Origin: Tannerella sp.
Lineage (GTDB): Bacteria > Bacteroidota > Bacteroidia > Bacteroidales > Tannerellaceae
Reading direction: 5' to 3'
DNA: 64,000 bases
Assembly (NCBI GenBank): GCA_031551825.1
Contig: JAVBNB010000068.1
Location: 7,477-71,476, forward strand
How positions within the stretch are numbered: position 1 is the stretch's first letter; every line of letters starts with the position of its first letter. Below are positions 19,038-25,110 of this stretch, piece by piece. A program made the position numbers and the translations under genes. A model generated the notes under the pieces. That model saw only the letters and a list, made by a program, of their open reading frames with translations. It searched no databases and had not been told where the DNA came from.

Positions 19038-19616
19038 ATGGATAAAATATCACCTTTCACAACAATTGGAATCGACAGACAGACAAACAAATTAATAGAT
19101 AAGTTATGTAAACGTTATTCGCTGAAAAAGGGTGAAATAGTAAGAGTGGCTTTTGGGTAGATAGATAAGGCACAGATCAATCCCGCCGAAGCCCCCGAAT
19201 CGGTCAAAGCTGAACTTTCCAAAATCAACAAACGGCAGGATGATATTATTCGCTTCATCCGAAACTACGAAGAACAGGAACTTAACCCGATGATACGGGC
19301 GACCAATTCGATAGCCGCCCGCTTCGATGGAATAGTGAAGGCTTTGGATACGTTTGTTCTTTCGCAGTTGGAGAAGAACCAAGAGAAATACAATGCTGTG
19401 TTGCAAAGAATCAGCGACAAATTCGGCGAACATGCCGACGTGATAAATGGTCAGGGTAAACACATCGGCGCATTAAAAGAAACACAGAAAAAAGACAATG
19501 CTAAACTTTTGAAGTTAATCGGTCTTTATGCGGATTTGGCAACGTGTGGAGTAATGGACGGTAAACGCAAAGAGAATCTGAAAGCGGAAATTTACCAATT
19601 AATCAATCCCGAATAA
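19038..19616 (+). pseudogene. Relaxosome accessory/mobilization protein (MobA/BfmA-like) interrupted by an in-frame TAG
   Basis: ATG at 19038 gives MDKISPFTTIGIDRQTNKLIDKLCKRYSLKKGEIVRVAFG, then TAG at 19158-19160. The same frame continues to 19616 (193 codons in total). No ATG/GTG/TTG occurs between the TAG and 19290. Confidence 0.5.
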
Positions 19617-19619
19617 GCG

Positions 19620-20270
19620 ATGAACATAGATTTCCCGCCACCGTCAAAAGGAACGTACAATAATGCAGGCAGCAGCCGACAGTTAGCCAATTATTGCGAG
19701 CACGAAGATTTGCAACGGATGGAACAGGGAATCTATACCGAAGGTTTTTTCAATCTCAATCAGGATAATTTGTACAAATCCCAAGTTGTAAAAGACATCG
19801 ACGGGAATATTGGGCAATTACTAAAGACTGATGCCAAGTTTTATGCCGTCCATGTCAGCCCATCGGAAAAGGAACTGCAAGCGATGGGAAGCACCGAGCA
19901 GGAACAAGCCGAAGCCATGAAACGGTATATTCGTGAAATGTTCATTCCCGAATATGCCCAAAACTTCAACAAAGGACTATCAGCAGAGGACATAAAGTTT
20001 TACGGCAAAATCCATTTCAACCGTAACCGTTCCGATAATAAACTGAATATGCACTGCCATTTGATTGTGAGCCGTAAAGACCAATCGAACAAAGTCAAGA
20101 TAAGCCCGCTTACCAACCATCGAAATACCAAGAAAGGCGTTATTACAGGAGGTTTTGACCGCACAGTCCTATTTGAGAATGTAGAAAAAGGATTTGACAG
20201 GCTGTTCGGCTACCATCGGCAACTATCTGAAACGTTCGAGTATTGCAACACTATGAAAAAGGCAGCATGA
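19620..20270 (+). CDS. Relaxase-like mobilization protein (MobB/BfmB-like)
   Basis: 216 aa. RSDNKLNMHCHLIVSRKD resembles relaxase motif III (D..HxH). It sits directly after the accessory gene with a 3-nt gap. Confidence 0.5.
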   Translation: MNIDFPPPSKGTYNNAGSSRQLANYCEHEDLQRMEQGIYTEGFFNLNQDNLYKSQVVKDIDGNIGQLLKTDAKFYAVHVSPSEKELQAMGSTEQEQAEAMKRYIREMFIPEYAQNFNKGLSAEDIKFYGKIHFNRNRSDNKLNMHCHLIVSRKDQSNKVKISPLTNHRNTKKGVITGGFDRTVLFENVEKGFDRLFGYHRQLSETFEYCNTMKKAA

Positions 20271-20590
20271 CAGACAAGCTACGGATGCAGGAACGGGAAC
20301 TGAACGTCTCCAAACAAGATTTTGCTGGCGAAAAGAAAAAAGAGAAAGAAGATTTGCATGTAGACAGGTATGCGGATAAGCAAGCAGAATCGACTGGAAG
20401 CAAGTTCCCGAACAAGCAAGAAAGCAAATTTGAAAACGATATTGAAAATAAACAAGATTCCAATTCAACCAATTTAGGGTTATCTTCCGTATTTTCAATT
20501 TTACCATCGGCTACTGATATTAATCCAATTGACGAACAGCAACAGCCGAAACCCAAGAAAAAGAAGAAACAAAGACCAAGATTAAGTTAA
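20267..20590 (+). CDS. Lys/Glu/Gln-rich low-complexity protein (third mobilization gene?)
   Basis: The ATG at 20267 overlaps the relaxase stop (ATGA). 107 aa ending in KPKKKKKQRPRLS. The ORF track extends it to a TTG at 20243. Confidence 0.4.
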   Translation: MTDKLRMQERELNVSKQDFAGEKKKEKEDLHVDRYADKQAESTGSKFPNKQESKFENDIENKQDSNSTNLGLSSVFSILPSATDINPIDEQQQPKPKKKKKQRPRLS

Positions 20591-20612
20591 TAAATTTTCG
20601 ATTTATATTGTT

Positions 20613-20720
20613 CCGTAAGTTATTTCCCATGCTTTTCCGGTTATTTCCCGCTCATAGCTTCCCAGCCGTTTGGAGAGGCGGAAGCCCGCGAGAATAACCG
20701 GAGCATGAGAATAACTTCCG
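20613..20720. repeat. Imperfect inverted repeat built from four GTTATTTCCC-like units (operator / oriT candidate)
   Basis: Left arm is CCGTAAGTTATTTCCCATGCTTTTCCGGTTATTTCCCGC (20613-20651). Right arm is GCGAGAATAACCGGAGCATGAGAATAACTTCCG (20688-20720), its near reverse complement. Confidence 0.6.
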
Positions 20721-20809
20721 TCAATTTTACGGTGGCATGAAAGCCGCTTGCAAATAGCCATTATCCTTACCCTTAAACATAATCTATTGGAAACAAAGAG
20801 ATAAATTCT

Positions 20810-20840
20810 TTTGTGTAGTCATATAATTTTAATAAATTTG
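20810..20840 (+). promoter_or_regulatory. Promoter (-33 TTTG, -7 TAAATTTG) of the HTH-ATPase-ParB-Dam operon
   Basis: TTTG at 20810-20813 and TAAATTTG at 20833-20840, spaced 19 nt. The ATG lies 20 nt downstream. Confidence 0.5.
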
Positions 20841-20859
20841 CATTTTGTGCTAATTTAGA

Positions 20860-21048
20860 ATGAAAACAAAGACGATTAATAGGCTCAAAGCAGTACTTGC
20901 AGAAAAGCAAGTAGCTAACAAGTGGCTTGCAGAGAAGATTAATATAAGCACTACTACTGTTTCGCGCTGGTGTACGAACAAGACGCAACCTTCGCTCGAA
21001 ACGTTGGTTGAGATTGCTGAAATTCTTAAAGTGGATGCAAAGAATTAA
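20860..21048 (+). CDS. XRE/Cro-C1-type helix-turn-helix transcriptional regulator
   Basis: 62 aa. LKAVLAEKQVANKWLAEKINISTTTVSRWCTNKTQPSLETLVEIAEIL is a textbook HTH_3 pattern. Confidence 0.8.
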   Translation: MKTKTINRLKAVLAEKQVANKWLAEKINISTTTVSRWCTNKTQPSLETLVEIAEILKVDAKN

Positions 21049-21082
21049 TCGTTTCAACAAAGAAAAATTAACAAGTAATATT

Positions 21083-22630
21083 ATGATAATTAACGATGTC
21101 CACATCAAGCAATTTAGGGGATTTAATGATGTGCAGTTTGCTTTAGGAAAGAATCTGACCGTAATTGCAGGCCAAAACGGAACTCAAAAAACCACAGTTT
21201 TGGGAATGCTTAGTCAGCCTTTCTCTATAACGGACAAAGGAAATCCGTTGTTTGGGGAAACACCGCTTTGTGGAGGTAATTATCGTTCATCTTTTGCTGA
21301 AAAATTTAAATTATCAGAAGCGTTTGATAAAGCACAAAGTCATGAATGGACATTAAATTTAAATAATGCAACGGAGCCTGAATTTACAGTGGAAAGTATC
21401 AGGCGAGATGCATCATCCGAAGCAATTCGTTTTTGGCAAAAAGGGAAACGCTCTAAAGGGTCGGGCTATATTCAACTTCCTGTAATATACTTGAGTTTGT
21501 CACGTCTATTCCCAATAGGAGAAGATACCGGTATCAGTTCAAGTACAGACATCTCTCTTACACCTGATGAATTTAAATTCTACAAGGATTGGCATGATAA
21601 GATTCTAATTATACCTGATGGACAAATGACCAGTGTTGATTACTTGAAAAGTAAACAAAAGAATACACTTGGTGCCAATACTTCATACTATGACTGGAGA
21701 ATGAACTCGGCCGGGCAGGATAATATCGGTAAAATCTTGCTGGCTATCCTATCATTCAAACGTCTAAAAGAAAAGCATAGAGATTCTTACACAGGTGGAA
21801 TTTTAGCGATAGACGAACTGGATACAACGTTATATCCTGCTTCCCAATTAAAATTAGTAGAGGCTTTGCGAAAATTCTCATCCCAATACAACATACAAAT
21901 TGTTTTCACGACACATTCCCTTACTATTTTGGAGGAAATGTGTGTACACCAAGAGAATCCGAAAATTCCGGGACAAGTAAAGGTTATATATTTACAAAAG
22001 GAGGATAGTCATGTTAAGGCTATTGAGGGTATTTCAATTGTTGAGATTAAGAATAAACTTAATGTAACTCTGTCTCCAAAACAAAAAACGAAGAAAATAT
22101 CTGTATTTGCAGAGGATAAAGAAGGTGAAATTTTTGCTAAGGCAGTGCTAAAAAGAAGAACTTCTTCTTTACAGTTTATTGAATGCACAATGGGATGCAG
22201 TAACTATATTGAGTTAGCAAAAAAGAAAATAGATGGTTTTAAATATCTGCAAAGTATTATCATTTTAGACGGTGATGTCAAATCCGAAAGTTCCAAAATG
22301 CGCGAATTGAAAAAATATAAGAACTTTCTTGTATTACCGGGAACAGAATCCCCCGAAAGACTTATTGCGAAATTTTTGTACAACCTACCCGAAGGTTCAC
22401 CACTTTGGGATAAAATTTATAATGGATATACAAAACAACTTGTTTTTCGTGACCATTCTTTAAGAGAAATACAAGCCGATAGAGAAAAAGCAAAAGCATG
22501 GTTTAATGCTCAAAAGCAATATTGGGGCAGAGGCTGTGCAGGTGTTATAAACTTGTGGATTTCAGAGAATCAGGAGGAAGTTTGCAATTTTATCAACGAA
22601 TATGACCGACTGATACAAAAATATATTTAG
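21083..22630 (+). CDS. OLD-family-like protein: ABC-type ATPase with C-terminal TOPRIM/DUF4435-like domain
   Basis: 515 aa from the ATG at 21083. P-loop GQNGTQKTT, signature-like NSAGQ, Walker B GGILAIDELD, H-loop VFTTHS. The C-terminal part has ISVFAEDKEGE ... IIILDGD, fitting the TOPRIM Glu and DxD. Confidence 0.65.
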   Translation: MIINDVHIKQFRGFNDVQFALGKNLTVIAGQNGTQKTTVLGMLSQPFSITDKGNPLFGETPLCGGNYRSSFAEKFKLSEAFDKAQSHEWTLNLNNATEPEFTVESIRRDASSEAIRFWQKGKRSKGSGYIQLPVIYLSLSRLFPIGEDTGISSSTDISLTPDEFKFYKDWHDKILIIPDGQMTSVDYLKSKQKNTLGANTSYYDWRMNSAGQDNIGKILLAILSFKRLKEKHRDSYTGGILAIDELDTTLYPASQLKLVEALRKFSSQYNIQIVFTTHSLTILEEMCVHQENPKIPGQVKVIYLQKEDSHVKAIEGISIVEIKNKLNVTLSPKQKTKKISVFAEDKEGEIFAKAVLKRRTSSLQFIECTMGCSNYIELAKKKIDGFKYLQSIIILDGDVKSESSKMRELKKYKNFLVLPGTESPERLIAKFLYNLPEGSPLWDKIYNGYTKQLVFRDHSLREIQADREKAKAWFNAQKQYWGRGCAGVINLWISENQEEVCNFINEYDRLIQKYI

Positions 22631-22648
22631 ATTTAAAGCCTGAAAGTA

Positions 22649-23905
22649 ATGATGGAGCAAGAAATTCAAATATTGAAGTTGAAGGATTTAGTCTTGTGGA
22701 CGGAGAATCCCAGAGACCCTATTGATGAAAATGCGACAGACCAAGATATTGTCAATAAAGCAATGGAAGACAAGTATTCCAAATGGTCGTTACCGAAGTT
22801 AGCAAAAGAAATGGGGAACCATTACGATTTTAGTGAGCTTCCAACTGTTGTATATCATGGCAAAAAGCCTGTTGTTTATGACGGGAATCGACGGATAATA
22901 CTTGGGAAGGTAAAACATAATCTTGTTACTGTTGCAGGCAAAGACAATATAGACATACCTGATATTCCGGCTGAAATTCCGTGCAACGTCTGTTCTAAGC
23001 AAATCGCATTGAAAAATGTGTATAGAAAGCATAGTGATTCTGGTTCATGGCATCCGCTTGAAAGGGATATATTTCTTCATAAATTCATGGGAGAGAAAAA
23101 AAGTACTTTTTTGATTATTGAAGAAAATACGGGGTTAATTACAGCCAACCCTCATTTGAATCAACGATTTGTTAAGGATGAGATTTTGAGAGAAGATATT
23201 TTATCCGAAATGGGATTTGACATTAAAGGCAATAAGTTGCGGAGCGTTCATGACGAAAATCAGGCACTTTCCATTTTGCACAATTTGTCTCAAAAAATCC
23301 AAGATAAAGAAATAACCACCCGTCATAATAGAGGGAAAGTTATTGATGTATTGGATAAATCCATGCGGAAAATCATTGAAAAAAATAAAGGAAGTCAATC
23401 ATATAATAATGTAAATATCCAATTTACTAATCCGACAAATACAGATAAAGAAACGGAAAAGAAACAGCGTCAAACAAAGCGTACTCAAAAAAAGGAAGAT
23501 GAATTGTTTGGGAAAAAACTTTATCTGAAATCGGGTGATGTAAATAACTTATATAGGGATATTTCCGACCTATATCAGATTTATTTGAATAATAAATCTG
23601 TATTATCTCATTCGTTTCCCAGTCTTATCAGAATGTCATTACGACTATTGTGTGAATCTGCTGCAAAAGATATTAGTGTTACATTGGATAAATATCTGAA
23701 TACTCATTTTGCCAATGCAAAAAAGAATTTAGACCAAGATATTAAAACAAGTTTGTCCAATCAAAATGTAACGGAGAAAACAATCCTTCAATTATTGCAT
23801 ACAGGTGCGCATAATTATCAAGCGGCAAATAACCTGCCGCAAACCTATGCTATTTCTGTTATTCTTGGTGAAATGCTTACATTAACGCATGGAAAGGAAT
23901 ACTAA
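22649..23905 (+). CDS. ParB/Srx-like N-terminal domain protein with uncharacterised C-terminal region
   Basis: 418 aa. LKLKDLVLWTENPRDP and VVYDGNRRIILGK resemble the ParB N-domain (NPR box and the DGxxR motif, cf. DGQHR/DGQQR of DndB/GmrS). A Lys-rich linker is followed by a ~130-aa helical C-terminus ending in LLHTGAHNY. Confidence 0.6.
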   Translation: MMEQEIQILKLKDLVLWTENPRDPIDENATDQDIVNKAMEDKYSKWSLPKLAKEMGNHYDFSELPTVVYHGKKPVVYDGNRRIILGKVKHNLVTVAGKDNIDIPDIPAEIPCNVCSKQIALKNVYRKHSDSGSWHPLERDIFLHKFMGEKKSTFLIIEENTGLITANPHLNQRFVKDEILREDILSEMGFDIKGNKLRSVHDENQALSILHNLSQKIQDKEITTRHNRGKVIDVLDKSMRKIIEKNKGSQSYNNVNIQFTNPTNTDKETEKKQRQTKRTQKKEDELFGKKLYLKSGDVNNLYRDISDLYQIYLNNKSVLSHSFPSLIRMSLRLLCESAAKDISVTLDKYLNTHFANAKKNLDQDIKTSLSNQNVTEKTILQLLHTGAHNYQAANNLPQTYAISVILGEMLTLTHGKEY

Positions 23906-24766
23906 ATGAACACATTTTATTCACCTTTACGATATCCGGGAGGAAAGAATTGCATCTTTTCTTTTATGTCCAAGTTGTTTTATGAAAATAATTTGCTCGG
24001 TGTCAGTTACGCGGAACCTTATGCAGGTGGCGCAGGGCTGGCCTTACGACTTTTATTTGAAGAATATGTAAATAAAATATACATCAATGACTTTGATAGG
24101 TCTATCTATGCTTTTTGGCATACCATTATTAATGATTCCGAAGAGTTTTGCAATTGGATTGCCAATGTAGATATTTCTGTTGAAAATTGGCATATATACA
24201 AGGATATTCAAAGAATTTCGAATGAATATGATTTATTCGAATTAGCAAAATCTACTTTCTTTCTTAACAGAACAAATGTATCGGGGGTAATTAAGGGTGG
24301 TATTATTGGCGGTGTTGAACAAAGAGGAAAATATAAAATAGACGTTCGATTCAATAAGGAAGATTTAATCAATAAAATACGGAAGATAGCCAGTTTTCGG
24401 AATCGCATCTTTGTATCTAATCTTGACGGGCTTGCGTTTATTAAAAAAATGGACAAAAAGAGAGAGGATATTTTTATTTATCTCGACCCACCGTACTACA
24501 AAAAAGCATCAGATTTATACATGAACTTTTACTTGGAAAAAGACCATGAAAATTTATCAAGACATGTCCGAAATATAAATAAGCGATGGATGATTTCCTA
24601 CGATAACCAAGATTTCATTCTTAACCTATATGCTCAAGAAAGAAAAGTGTTATATAACCTTTCCCAATGCGCATCCAATAGAGTTGGGAATGAGATTTTA
24701 ATTTTTTCAGAAAGGATAAATTTTGCAGATTCGATGAATCATTTGAAAGCACCAGTCTTGATATAA
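23906..24766 (+). CDS. D12-class (Dam-like) N6-adenine DNA methyltransferase
   Basis: 286 aa with PLRYPGGKN, motif I EPYAGGAG and motif IV IYLDPPYY. Its ATG directly abuts the stop of the preceding gene. Confidence 0.85.
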   Translation: MNTFYSPLRYPGGKNCIFSFMSKLFYENNLLGVSYAEPYAGGAGLALRLLFEEYVNKIYINDFDRSIYAFWHTIINDSEEFCNWIANVDISVENWHIYKDIQRISNEYDLFELAKSTFFLNRTNVSGVIKGGIIGGVEQRGKYKIDVRFNKEDLINKIRKIASFRNRIFVSNLDGLAFIKKMDKKREDIFIYLDPPYYKKASDLYMNFYLEKDHENLSRHVRNINKRWMISYDNQDFILNLYAQERKVLYNLSQCASNRVGNEILIFSERINFADSMNHLKAPVLI

Positions 24767-25037
24767 TTTGTTTACTATACAATGAGCCAAAGCCTTTCCT
24801 TTCAGAACAACTCTGTATACGGCTTTAAATTTCCGCCAAGTAATGGAAAAATGCTTCCAACTTTAGGTAAATTGAATAAAAAAACGATATTTACAGTGAG
24901 TTATTTGAGGAAATGCAGCGTAAAACGCAGAAATCGCACGGTTGCCAAATCGTTACCTCTCCCGCCGAAAAAGCACGCTTAAAGACTTCTATTCAACAAT
25001 TTATCTCTCAAAGATAATTTTATAAAATAAAATGAGC

Positions 25038-25072
25038 GCCCCCGGCTTATTAAAGGGAAATAAGCCGGGGGC
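25038..25072 (-). terminator. Intrinsic terminator of the GH78 gene / PUL end
   Basis: 14-bp stem GCCCCCGGCTTATT / AATAAGCCGGGGGC. On the minus strand it is followed by GCTCATTTTATTTTAT. Confidence 0.8.
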
Positions 25073-25110
25073 ATTGGTTATGATGAAAAAAACAAGTAAG
25101 TAGTTATCTT

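Larger units (their letters stand above)
16294..25037. mobile_element. AT-rich accessory island (decayed mobilizable element plus defence-type cargo) between the thi operon and the PUL
   Basis: Hand counts of single 60-nt samples give 30% GC at 21601 versus 45% at 14041. Contains mobilization genes, tRNA-like genes, HEPN, OLD-like, ParB-like and Dam genes. No integrase and no clear direct repeats were found, so the boundaries are approximate. Confidence 0.55.

Noticed and set aside
18901-19160. Idea that the odd tRNA-like gene is an amber suppressor that reads through the in-frame TAG of the adjacent mob gene.
   Set aside because: The anticodon position reads GAU, not CUA, and the acceptor stem looks defective. 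All other genes in the window terminate normally, including at TAG.
20243-20270. Possible frameshift splitting one long relaxase into ORFs 19620-20270 and 20243-20590.
   Set aside because: The second ORF has an ATG at 20267 that overlaps the first ORF's stop in an ATGA coupling arrangement. Two separate genes is the simpler reading, and the TTG at 20243 is probably an artefact of the ORF caller.
21008-21082. Upstream extension of the ATPase ORF that overlaps the HTH gene by 41 nt.
   Set aside because: The extension (MRLLKFLKWMQRINRF...) has no ATPase similarity. The conserved N-terminus MIINDVHIKQFRGF begins at the ATG at 21083, just after the HTH stop.
20773-21108. 111-aa minus-strand ORF antisense to the HTH gene.
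   Set aside because: It covers the promoter and the clearly recognisable XRE HTH gene on the other strand and has no motif.
24782-24982. 66-aa basic plus-strand ORF downstream of the Dam gene.
   Set aside because: It has no recognisable motif and a highly basic, low-complexity composition in a spacer. It was left as non-coding pending evidence.
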